IMG/VR virus record: IMGVR_UViG_3300047554_000255
Coordinates: 47,221 to 111,220 of that record
Origin: a virus
DNA length: 64,000 bases
Strand: one strand, 5' to 3'
The notes beneath the pieces were generated by a model, which saw only the letters and a program-made list of their open reading frames with translations, did no database searches and had not been told where the DNA came from. Shown here piece by piece: positions 49,571-57,895 of this stretch. Within the stretch, counting starts at the first letter, position 1. The number at the start of each line of letters is the position of its first letter. A program made the translations under genes and the position numbers.

Positions 49571-50169
49571 TATGATAAGTAAGCTTTACCAGCTACTGGA
49601 GTATTAAAGTTAATACGTAAGTTGTTACTGTCAACGATTTCAATAATACCTTGGATATCATTACCGTTAAGATCTTCTGCAAATACGTTTGGTGTAATAC
49701 CCATATTATGCTGAATAACCCACTGAGTTGACGGAGTCTCTTGTGTAAACAAGAAAGATGTATTGTTATTGATTGTAATGCATGGATTCAAGTTTATTCT
49801 TGTTACTGCACCGTTTGCATTAACCTGAATAATGTTTTGTTGTCCATTACTATACTCATAGAATACACCAAGATTATCTGGGCTACGAGGGTTACTATAT
49901 TGATATCCTAAAGCTTCGTTATCGAATAATAACTCAGAGTCATACATACCAGTTGGTAACCAAGTCTTATACTGGATATTCTCCTCACTTAATGCACCAG
50001 CATCATCATTTGCTTGCCAATCAACAATAGCTTTTTTGATCTCTGCCATCAAGATATAATCATCAGGAATAGCTTTACCTAATCCATAACGAGATCTACG
50101 AAACTTGCTAAATACGCTAGTTGCATAGTTCTTGTATATCTCAACTTTTTTTGGCAGTAAGTTCTTCAT
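49570..50169 (-). CDS. Tail hub-like structural protein
   Basis: Position after the auxiliary capsid block; C-terminal WVIQHNMG...AGKAYLS domain. Confidence 0.45.
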   Translation of the reverse strand: MKNLLPKKVEIYKNYATSVFSKFRRSRYGLGKAIPDDYILMAEIKKAIVDWQANDDAGALSEENIQYKTWLPTGMYDSELLFDNEALGYQYSNPRSPDNLGVFYEYSNGQQNIIQVNANGAVTRINLNPCITINNNTSFLFTQETPSTQWVIQHNMGITPNVFAEDLNGNDIQGIIEIVDSNNLRINFNTPVAGKAYLS

Positions 50170-50170
50170 C

Positions 50171-50332
50171 TTAGTTTTTGTTTGCCTGAGTATTTCTGAT
50201 CAAGTGTAACTGTTGTTCGTAAGTACCAATACAGTTTGTGCAAGCTTGTGCTCCATTTGAAGCTGTTCTTTGCTGACAACCACATGTAATTACGGTACCA
50301 CAGTTAGGGCAGGTAGTTTGGTTTTGTGACAT
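50171..50332 (-). CDS. Small 53-aa Cys-rich (CxxC-CxC-CxxC) protein, not in ORF track
   Basis: My translation: MSQNQTTCPNCGTVITCGCQQRTASNGAQACTNCIGTYEQQLHLIRNTQANKN*. It fills the gap between two genes and has an A/C-rich leader (AAACCAACAATATT). Confidence 0.7.
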   Translation of the reverse strand: MSQNQTTCPNCGTVITCGCQQRTASNGAQACTNCIGTYEQQLHLIRNTQANKN

Positions 50333-50354
50333 AATATTGTTGGTTTAGTTAATA

Positions 50355-50909
50355 TTAGCAGTACTGACCGTATGTTTCTGAGTATGCATTAAGCTTTTTC
50401 TGTGCATAGATTAATAACTCCATGCCTTCATCTGCTTGATGGCAATACTCAACCTTTACTTTTGCAGCATCAATATAGTTCTTTATTGTCTGTAACTGAC
50501 CAAACTTTTCTTTTACGTCAGCATCAGGTTCAGAACCATTGATCTCAAGCTTGCAAAGCTCGTTATAATACTTGTTTAATGTTTGAGTAACACGAAGATG
50601 ATTATATTCAGAATATACTTTATCGTTTGGAGCAACTGAGTAACGAATCACATAGATACCGTCAGGAATGCACTGCAAGCTATCCCCACATCCAGTCTTT
50701 TGTAAACCTAATGAACATGCATTAAGAACGATGTTATAGTAAGGTAACACCTCAATGTTAACTGGTAAGTTAAATCCTGGAGATGTAATCTGTAGTGTGC
50801 CACACTCTTTGTCTAAACCTTCACCATACGTACTGGTGTCAAAGATCCTTAATACTTTGCAGTTATTTGTATCAGGAGTCTCAAGGCTTAACTGATGTTT
50901 GATAGCCAT
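50355..50909 (-). CDS. Tail hub-like structural protein (184 aa)
   Basis: IPDGIYVIRYSV motif and helical C-terminus; position after the auxiliary capsid gene as in crAss-like phages. Confidence 0.5.
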   Translation of the reverse strand: MAIKHQLSLETPDTNNCKVLRIFDTSTYGEGLDKECGTLQITSPGFNLPVNIEVLPYYNIVLNACSLGLQKTGCGDSLQCIPDGIYVIRYSVAPNDKVYSEYNHLRVTQTLNKYYNELCKLEINGSEPDADVKEKFGQLQTIKNYIDAAKVKVEYCHQADEGMELLIYAQKKLNAYSETYGQYC

Positions 50910-50949
50910 AAACTTCTATTGTTTTGAATAAGATGATCGTAGTTGTACT

Positions 50950-50963
50950 CAATAATAATATAC
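50950..50963 (-). promoter_or_regulatory. Conserved late-promoter-like motif copy
   Basis: GTATATTATTATTG, just downstream of the 50984-51019 terminator. Confidence 0.55.
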
Positions 50964-50983
50964 TAAAAATCAAGCACAAACAC

Positions 50984-51019
50984 AAAAAAGAAAGGGCAGG
51001 CACCGCAAAGTACCTACCC
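50984..51019 (-). terminator. Intrinsic terminator after the auxiliary capsid gene
   Basis: Minus strand GGGTAGGTAC-TTTGCG-GTGCCTGCCC (10 bp including 2 G-U pairs) followed by TTTCTTTTTT. Confidence 0.8.
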
Positions 51020-51042
51020 TCGTCTTCTTTATTTCTATCTGA

Positions 51043-52191
51043 TTAGATAGTCTCTAACGCGATCGCTTGACCAGCTGCAACAGCAGAGTTAACAATGAAA
51101 TCAGTTAAAGCAGTTGTAGTAGTTCCAGCAGGAACGTTGATAACAACTAAATACTGATCGTTGTCAAATGTGCTAGATGGGTTGTTGAAACGAGGTACGT
51201 TGTGTAATACCATTACTTGATCGTACAATCCGTTACGGTTGATAGTAGCTAAACCTGGGTTAGCTTCGATCTCACGCATACGTAATGAATCAACATGTCC
51301 ACCATCTGGATAAGCTTCTTGACGGTAACGACCGTCTAAGATCATCTCACGCAATACAGTCTCACCAACACCTGATGCTTGACGAGCAGCTTGTGTTTCA
51401 GCAGAAGTAATTCCGTTTACTGCACATGGCTCACCTGAATCATCAACAAATGAAGTGTAGATTTGCAATGGAGCAAGATCGTAATTATCAGTTGGAGTGA
51501 AAGTAGCATCACCAAACTTAGTATCAACATAAGCAACAGTGATAACTAACTTAGCAACATCAGAAGATGTAGCAGCAACACCAGCAAATGAATCATAAGC
51601 TGAAGGAGCAACAGTAGCACCAGTAGTATCTTTAACAGCAACAGAGATAAACTTACCTAAGTAAGGAGACTCGTTTACTTGTTTAGCCCAAGCGATAGCA
51701 ACTTTAGTTGGATCGATTACAGCTGGAGTAGAACCAGCAGCACATCCTGTAAAAGCATCTAAAGTCTTGTAGATGTTGTGAGATAAGAAACGTAATGCAG
51801 GAGAACCTTTCAAATCAACACGTAAGCGGTAAGTAGCATCTTCTAATACATTAGAGATAGATACTTCAACTACTTGATTTTGAGCAGTCTTAGAAGCAAC
51901 TTTAAATACACGAGAGATGTACTTTGGGTTGATAGTCTTTGACTTAACAGACTCTTGGTATCCACCGTGAACTGGACCAATCTTATCAGCTGTAAAATAA
52001 GATCCTTGAGCGATGATAAATGGAGCTGTACCAGCAGCAGATAACGCAGCATAAGAAGATGCGTTAAATACGCCTAACTGACCTGCAGTTAAAGCTGCAG
52101 TAGTTCCTGTTGACGCTAAAGAAACCGCACCGTTTGCGACACCATTAGCACCTACCAAGAACGCTTTTTTGAATGCATTAGGAAAATACAT
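51043..52191 (-). CDS. Auxiliary capsid/decoration protein (crAss-type)
   Basis: Ala/Thr-rich 382 aa with strongly biased codon usage like the MCP. Followed by a strong terminator; synteny with the crAss head block. Confidence 0.6.
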   Translation of the reverse strand: MYFPNAFKKAFLVGANGVANGAVSLASTGTTAALTAGQLGVFNASSYAALSAAGTAPFIIAQGSYFTADKIGPVHGGYQESVKSKTINPKYISRVFKVASKTAQNQVVEVSISNVLEDATYRLRVDLKGSPALRFLSHNIYKTLDAFTGCAAGSTPAVIDPTKVAIAWAKQVNESPYLGKFISVAVKDTTGATVAPSAYDSFAGVAATSSDVAKLVITVAYVDTKFGDATFTPTDNYDLAPLQIYTSFVDDSGEPCAVNGITSAETQAARQASGVGETVLREMILDGRYRQEAYPDGGHVDSLRMREIEANPGLATINRNGLYDQVMVLHNVPRFNNPSSTFDNDQYLVVINVPAGTTTTALTDFIVNSAVAAGQAIALETI

Positions 52192-52227
52192 AGTTAATTG
52201 TGTTTATGGGTTATAGATAAATAAAAA

Positions 52228-52647
52228 CTATTTTAAGAACAGTAACTTATACTTGATACTGTTAAGGGTTGACTTAATCATATCTAAGTCGTTTACTATT
52301 TCACTGTAAGGCATCATGCCTTGTAAAGATGTAACCATCTGGTATACATCTCTAATATAAGATAACGCTTCTTGCACACTATTCAAAGGACGTGGTGCAT
52401 TATCTTCATACGTTAACAACTTCTCTGCAGCTCCTTGGAATCCTTCAGCTAGTGCATCAGCATGTCCTGGTAAAGCATCATATAACTCGTTAAGAGCTTT
52501 ATGAGATGAGAATGAACCTAAGTCTTTTACCTTTAGGTGTAGTTTATGGAAGCTAGTTGCTGCATTCATTAACTCGCTAACACAAGCAGCTGTCTTTGCT
52601 TCTAAAGATCCTCCACTATAACTAGCAGGGCGTTGTAATTTCTGCAT
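52228..52647 (-). CDS. Ferritin/Dps-like four-helix protein (DUF5856-like)
   Basis: HKLHL...HKALNELYD...DALAEGFQG...KYKLLFL matches the Dps-like metal-ligand pattern. Confidence 0.7.
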   Translation of the reverse strand: MQKLQRPASYSGGSLEAKTAACVSELMNAATSFHKLHLKVKDLGSFSSHKALNELYDALPGHADALAEGFQGAAEKLLTYEDNAPRPLNSVQEALSYIRDVYQMVTSLQGMMPYSEIVNDLDMIKSTLNSIKYKLLFLK

Positions 52648-52656
52648 AATATTTTA

Positions 52657-53358
52657 TTAACTGTTTCTACCTGCGTTTTGAACCTCTCTTTGGTATTGAT
52701 TCATTGACTCTATATCACCAGCTAAGATTGCAGCAGCCTCATCACACAAGATCTCAGCAACATCATCTTTAAACTCACATGTCACATCATACTGAATAAC
52801 AGTATTAGTCTCAATATCTATAGATCCTTTAAACTTAATAGCTCTTGGTTTTCTATAGTAAGTAAGCTTTGGGGCTTCAATATTAAACTCACCGTTTGTA
52901 TAGATCTTAATCTTGTTACTCATGATGGTACAAAAAGTCTCTCCCCAATCAAATGATGGAGACTTAAAGTTATCTGATAACAACTCATCAGCATTAGCTT
53001 CTTCAGCTAAATACACTGACATGATTCTACTTGGGCAACATGATGTAATAGCTCTTGTGCTAATACGAGTAAAGTGCATGTAATCAACTGGAATATCAGA
53101 TGTCTCAAAGTATAGATCTCTCTCAATACCACTAAGATTAACCTCCTCTAACAATATCTGCAAATCATCAACAATATTAGATGACTGCTCAGGCATTAAT
53201 GCTCTTGGTGTTAGACCATGAATAACTCGTCTTGTCCACTCAAGTTGCGCTTTATTAAAAGCCTCTTGAATCTGCCAACTTTCGATGTTGTCATAATCAA
53301 AACTAGCTAACTTGTTCAGACGTTGCTTAATCTTAAGCTGTATAAGTTTGTTATCCAT
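52657..53358 (-). CDS. Neck/ring protein (crAss head-tail block)
   Basis: FNKAQ and LTYYRKP motifs resemble crAss ring proteins encoded after the MCP. Confidence 0.55.
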   Translation of the reverse strand: MDNKLIQLKIKQRLNKLASFDYDNIESWQIQEAFNKAQLEWTRRVIHGLTPRALMPEQSSNIVDDLQILLEEVNLSGIERDLYFETSDIPVDYMHFTRISTRAITSCCPSRIMSVYLAEEANADELLSDNFKSPSFDWGETFCTIMSNKIKIYTNGEFNIEAPKLTYYRKPRAIKFKGSIDIETNTVIQYDVTCEFKDDVAEILCDEAAAILAGDIESMNQYQREVQNAGRNS

Positions 53359-53365
53359 AATCTTT

Positions 53366-53406
53366 AAAAAGACCTAGGAGCAGATCTTACGGGATGCAAC
53401 CTAGGT
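53366..53406 (-). terminator. Hairpin/terminator between the 338-aa and 233-aa genes
   Basis: ACCTAGG...CCTAGGT outer stem with an imperfect inner stem, followed by CTTTTT on the minus strand. Confidence 0.55.
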
Positions 53407-53417
53407 ACTGTTATTTT

Positions 53418-54434
53418 TTACTGTTGCCAGTATTTCTCAACACGTTCTGTTAAGTCTCTTAAGATCTCTTCATTCAAAGGATTCTTTAAGAACTCAACAC
53501 AATCAGATGGAGTACGTCCTAACATTGTCGATGTTGACATATGATAGATAAAACCATCAGCTTTTGTTGCAATCATCTTGTAGTATGTTGAATCTTTAAC
53601 GATTGCACGTAACTTCAATGACTCCATGTCAAGAGCAGATACTTCAATGAAGCGTTCTGCTGTTTTACGCTTATTCTTATCAACATACTCTCCGTTGATA
53701 TATTTATCCATGTTGTCATAGATAATGTCTGTAGGAGTAGATTTGCGGTACTGAGCAGAGTTTACGTCAAGCACTTTTGCAACGTAGAACAACTTGTTGG
53801 TATTCTTATTAAATAACTTATCAAGTTCAGATAACGCTTTGTTACGTAACTTCTTAACCTCTGTGTTTGTCGAAGCAGTCTCTTCTAACTTATCTAAGTA
53901 GAACTTTGGAGGAACTGGTGTTGTTTTTGCATCATCAAGCGACTTTGCAACAATACTAAATCCACCTGCTTCAATAGCATACATACGAATCAAATCGTAA
54001 GGATCTTTATCAGGCTCTAAGAAGAGTGGTTCGTTTCCACATCTAATCTTAATCTTATCCCAAAACTCATCATTGTTAGGTTTTAACAAGATAACTTTAT
54101 TCCAGAAGTCAGGATCTGTAGGATCAATGATGTTTGCAGCTAACTCTTTCTCTAACTGTGAAACAACTTGACGAATCTGCTTGATCTTTGCTTCTGCTTC
54201 TTCAGGATTTAAGTCCTTTATCTCTGGAGCGTATTCGTTCAAACCAGTCTTATACCGTTTGATTCCGTTAATCTCAAGGCATGCAATCGACTCTTCGTGG
54301 AAAGCTCCTTCAAACAAAGTTAAACCGTATTTTTGAAGACCCATGTTATCAACACTAGGATCAAAGTATGGTCTAATAGCAATCGTTGATCGCTTATTTT
54401 GTGGATAACGTTCCACAATAGTTACTGAACTCAT
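53418..54434 (-). CDS. Conserved crAss-like protein downstream of MCP (338 aa)
   Basis: ORF track; synteny with the crAss head block; A/C-rich leader AAACCAAACCAAACCAAAC. Confidence 0.55.
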   Translation of the reverse strand: MSSVTIVERYPQNKRSTIAIRPYFDPSVDNMGLQKYGLTLFEGAFHEESIACLEINGIKRYKTGLNEYAPEIKDLNPEEAEAKIKQIRQVVSQLEKELAANIIDPTDPDFWNKVILLKPNNDEFWDKIKIRCGNEPLFLEPDKDPYDLIRMYAIEAGGFSIVAKSLDDAKTTPVPPKFYLDKLEETASTNTEVKKLRNKALSELDKLFNKNTNKLFYVAKVLDVNSAQYRKSTPTDIIYDNMDKYINGEYVDKNKRKTAERFIEVSALDMESLKLRAIVKDSTYYKMIATKADGFIYHMSTSTMLGRTPSDCVEFLKNPLNEEILRDLTERVEKYWQQ

Positions 54435-54493
54435 GTTTGGTTTGGTTTGGTTTATAATAAGACTTACTAGACTTCTAGTAAATATCGTATTTC

Positions 54494-54718
54494 TTAATCG
54501 AATATCAAAGAGTTTAAGCTTCGTTCTGTAAGATCCTCTGGATTCTTACTAGCTCTCAACTCCGCTTTTGCTAAATCTGTTTCAGTAAAGAGCAAACACT
54601 TATGACCGTGGCCATCTTCGTCTTTTACCCATACAGCATAATAAGCATCATTAACGTTAGGGAAGTGTTGCTTCTTGCTATTCTTCACCTTTACTAACTG
54701 TCCTAGTCTAGCTTTCAT
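54494..54718 (-). CDS. Small hypothetical protein (74 aa, MKARLGQLVKV...)
   Basis: The track gives 54494-54808. The ATG at 54718 has the same AAACCAAACCAAC leader as neighbouring genes, and the upstream part is a structured non-coding element. Confidence 0.55.
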   Translation of the reverse strand: MKARLGQLVKVKNSKKQHFPNVNDAYYAVWVKDEDGHGHKCLLFTETDLAKAELRASKNPEDLTERSLNSLIFD

Positions 54719-54738
54719 TGTGTTGGTTTGGTTTGTAG

Positions 54739-54796
54739 AACCTGTTGAGAGTTGCAAGCTCTCCGCATGATCAGTACGGTTTGCGTACAACAGGTT
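54739..54796 (-). ncRNA. Candidate structured RNA element (three-way junction)
   Basis: P1 AACCTGTT/AACAGGTT (8 bp), P2 GTACG/CGTAC and P3 GAGAG/CTCTC, with a 10-nt linker TGATCATGCG. Family not recognised. Confidence 0.4.
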
Positions 54797-54820
54797 GAGG
54801 GGTGACACTTTTGATGTCTA

Positions 54821-54859
54821 TAGTAAAACCTGGAGAGTATTTCATCTCCAGGTCTACTA
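54821..54859 (-). terminator. Long hairpin immediately after the MCP stop (terminator or mRNA-stabilizing stem)
   Basis: ACCTGGAGA/TCTCCAGGT perfect 9 bp, extendable to about 15 bp; short TTTT tract. Confidence 0.6.
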
Positions 54860-54865
54860 GTACTA

Positions 54866-56485
54866 TTAGAATGATCCGCCAGTAACAGGGTTACGCATCA
54901 CAATCTTCAATACCTTAGTTGGGTCTTTAACCCAGATTGCTGGCATTGTTTGTGACATGAACACACGGTATCCGTTGAACTGTCCAGAAGACTGGAAGCC
55001 TTGAGAACGACCCATGTAATCCATTGTACCGTTTTGGTAGAACCACTTCAATTGATTATCCCAAGATAACTTCAATAAGTAGATGTTATCGTTAGTATTA
55101 TCAGTGATATCAAAGATAACGAAGTTGTAAGAAGATAATGGGAAACCATCGATGATAGGGTTCTCAATATCGTTTGTGTGTACGTTATCAAACGCAGGGT
55201 TCAATACAAACTTAACGTTAGCTAAGAATGGAATAACGTATTGTGTATACGCAAAACCGAAGTTTAAGTCCATTCCTTTACCAGTGATAGCACCAACCTC
55301 AGAAGCATTGATTACTAAGCCAGAGTTGATCGCCTCTTTCTTAATAGCTTCGTTGATTAACTTCATACCACCCATACCTGTTTGAACTACTAATTCACGA
55401 CGAGGATCTGGTCCCTGGAACTCAACCTTACCATTGAAGAAGTTGAAGATCTCAGATTTGAACAAGTCTAAGTTGAATGAACCTTTGTTGTAGATACGCT
55501 TGTAAGAGTTATCTAACTGCTTCCAAAGACCAACTGATAAACGAATATCATCTGGACCATCTTGCTTAACGCGACCACCTTGTCCCCACATTAAGTAAGA
55601 CTCAATGTCAGTAGAGATTTTAGATAAGTGAGCAGCTTCTAAAGTTGTTAAGAATGTACGAGTCAATTGACCTGATTCGTATGCTTTCTTAACATAGTCC
55701 TTACCCATTTTGTTAGCTAAACCTTGTAAGTCAGTAACAGAAGGATCGATAGACTTATCGAATGAACGCCATAACTCAACAACTGGTACAGTACCATCTG
55801 CTTTCATTCCACCTTTCATCATCAAGTCAGCACGAGATGATACAGAGTAGTGAACGTGTGCTTCAGCACCACCAACGTAGTTATAGAACTCACGGAAGCC
55901 AGCAGATACTTGACCTAAGTCAGAGAAACGCTCGCCGTACTCTCCACGTGCAGAACCTTTACGGAAGATCTTTGTTCCTTGCTTAACATACTTGTTGTCT
56001 AAGAACTTCAAGTTGTCGTTGTTTACCAACTGAACTGTATAGATGAAACCGTCACCTGCAGGGATAATATCGTCTGCTGTTACGTACATCTCAGCTCCAT
56101 TGTACTTGTCATAAGTGATGATATCACCGTGACCGAAGATACGCTTGTTCAATTTGATCTTGAACGATTGTCCATCGATACCTTTAGTAGCGTTTCCTGA
56201 TTCAATATCTTCAGTAATGTAAGGAAGATCTTGAGCTACAGGGATTTGCCACTTGTACTCACCGCGAGAGTTATCTACGTTGATAACGTTTTTACCTCCG
56301 AAAGAAGACATCTGATACAAAGGCATTTCTACCTTTTGTGCCATTGCCCACAAATCCACTGGACCTAAGTCCATTGGCTCTGAGCTCTTAAGAAGGTTTG
56401 ATAAGTGGTATGAATCAACGTGAGATGAAGCTGCGTAGCTCGTATCACGCAAAAATATACCATTATTCAAAACTGGAGTTGCCAT
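54866..56485 (-). CDS. Major capsid protein (crAss-type, HK97 fold)
   Basis: 539 aa with highly biased codon usage. Located after portal and acidic scaffold-like genes; followed by a hairpin. Confidence 0.8.
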   Translation of the reverse strand: MATPVLNNGIFLRDTSYAASSHVDSYHLSNLLKSSEPMDLGPVDLWAMAQKVEMPLYQMSSFGGKNVINVDNSRGEYKWQIPVAQDLPYITEDIESGNATKGIDGQSFKIKLNKRIFGHGDIITYDKYNGAEMYVTADDIIPAGDGFIYTVQLVNNDNLKFLDNKYVKQGTKIFRKGSARGEYGERFSDLGQVSAGFREFYNYVGGAEAHVHYSVSSRADLMMKGGMKADGTVPVVELWRSFDKSIDPSVTDLQGLANKMGKDYVKKAYESGQLTRTFLTTLEAAHLSKISTDIESYLMWGQGGRVKQDGPDDIRLSVGLWKQLDNSYKRIYNKGSFNLDLFKSEIFNFFNGKVEFQGPDPRRELVVQTGMGGMKLINEAIKKEAINSGLVINASEVGAITGKGMDLNFGFAYTQYVIPFLANVKFVLNPAFDNVHTNDIENPIIDGFPLSSYNFVIFDITDNTNDNIYLLKLSWDNQLKWFYQNGTMDYMGRSQGFQSSGQFNGYRVFMSQTMPAIWVKDPTKVLKIVMRNPVTGGSF

Positions 56486-56528
56486 AATGTTTTATTTTTG
56501 TTAAAGGGTTATAATATAATCGTTTTGT

Positions 56529-57782
56529 TTAACGCTGGAATATGTTTGTTGGACGAGGAGCTTTTCTTACAGAAGGACGTTTGTCTTCTTCTTCAGCATA
56601 GCTTGATCCAACTTTTCTTGACTGTTCAGTCTTTAACTGACGTACAGTCTGTTCAACGGCTTGGTTCTTTGCATTCTTCGCAATGTTTTGACGGTATGCT
56701 TCAGGATCTGAAAGTAACCACAATGCTTCTGCAACTAACGGGTAGTTTGGCTCAACAAACTGATACTTCTCTAAAAGGTGTCCTAACTGATTCGTTGGAC
56801 GTCCTGATATTGACGGATAGTTTGGTTGTACTAAACCTGCATACAAAGATGCTTGTGTTTTCTTGTCTAACTTAAGACCATTGATCTCAGCTGGACGTAA
56901 AGCTTCAAACACATTCTCCATGTAAGCTTCTGCCGCTTGTTTTTGTTGACGATTACGAGCTTCTTGTTCAGCTAATTGTGACTGAACGATTTCAGCTTGC
57001 ATGCTATCCAACTTAGGTTTAAACTGTTTTGCTTTCTTTTCAAGCACACCTAAGTCTTTCCATGTCGTCAACTCCTCTTCTATTTCTTCTGCATCACCGA
57101 AGTTTGTTGCTTGTAAGTATGAACGAACAATAGACTCTTGATCATTCTCATCTGTAGGATTAAGTTCACGAACTTGTTCTACTTGAGCTAAGGCTTGGAA
57201 TAAACCTTTAAGATCTTGTCCTCCGTCAGCAACATACTTTGCTGCAACTTGTAACTCTTCTGGTAAAGACTCAAAAAACTCTTGAGGAGTATTTGAAGCA
57301 ACTTCGTTCTTTAAGTTATCGATGTTTGCTTGCCATAACTCTTCATAGTCTTTTTCACCTAACGTACCTAAGTAATCATCAAGAGTTTGTTTTGACTCAT
57401 CAAAGTCATCAAACGCAAACATCTCTTTTGACTCAATACGCTTCTTGAAGAAATCAACTAAGCCAGACTTTTCTGTCTTAGGTCGACCACCTTTGTTTGG
57501 TTTCTGATCTTCATTATCTGCTGGCTCTTCACCAAGTTCGTTGAATAAATCATCAACCTTTATAGGTTCGTCTTTTTTACCATCACCGTCAGTCGGTTCA
57601 TCTGATGGTTCATCATCTTTCTTATCAATAAAAGAAAGATCTGTTTTGTCTTGACTAAACATTGATGGCTTTGCAGGCTCGTTAGAAGCAGGTGTAATAA
57701 TACTATCTGCTCCTGGGGCTGATAACCAGCTATCAATATCCAAGTCTACTGTACCAGTAGTTGGTTCGTTATTTGTTGACAT
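56529..57782 (-). CDS. Acidic scaffold-like protein upstream of MCP
   Basis: Asp/Glu-rich disordered N-terminus plus coiled coil; position between portal and MCP as in crAss-like phages. Confidence 0.6.
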   Translation of the reverse strand: MSTNNEPTTGTVDLDIDSWLSAPGADSIITPASNEPAKPSMFSQDKTDLSFIDKKDDEPSDEPTDGDGKKDEPIKVDDLFNELGEEPADNEDQKPNKGGRPKTEKSGLVDFFKKRIESKEMFAFDDFDESKQTLDDYLGTLGEKDYEELWQANIDNLKNEVASNTPQEFFESLPEELQVAAKYVADGGQDLKGLFQALAQVEQVRELNPTDENDQESIVRSYLQATNFGDAEEIEEELTTWKDLGVLEKKAKQFKPKLDSMQAEIVQSQLAEQEARNRQQKQAAEAYMENVFEALRPAEINGLKLDKKTQASLYAGLVQPNYPSISGRPTNQLGHLLEKYQFVEPNYPLVAEALWLLSDPEAYRQNIAKNAKNQAVEQTVRQLKTEQSRKVGSSYAEEEDKRPSVRKAPRPTNIFQR

Positions 57783-57808
57783 ATGTTGGTTGGTTTATTT
57801 TCTGTATC

Positions 57809-57826
57809 TCTACAATAATAATATAC
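57809..57826 (-). promoter_or_regulatory. Conserved late-promoter-like motif copy
   Basis: GTATATTATTATTGTAGA upstream of the scaffold/MCP genes. Confidence 0.6.
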
Positions 57827-57895
57827 ATAATATTCTCAGATAAACTTCTGATGTGTACTATGTATTTATCTTACCCTAGGATTATATCGCTATGG

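Noticed and set aside
54739-54796. Canonical hammerhead ribozyme or tRNA
   Set aside because: The core is CUGAUCA with no GAAA, so the catalytic guanines are missing. There are only three stems and no T-loop or anticodon arm. Kept only as an unclassified structure.
54719-54808. N-terminal extension of the 104-aa ORF from a GTG start
   Set aside because: It runs through a structured element. The internal ATG at 54718 has the typical AAACC leader.
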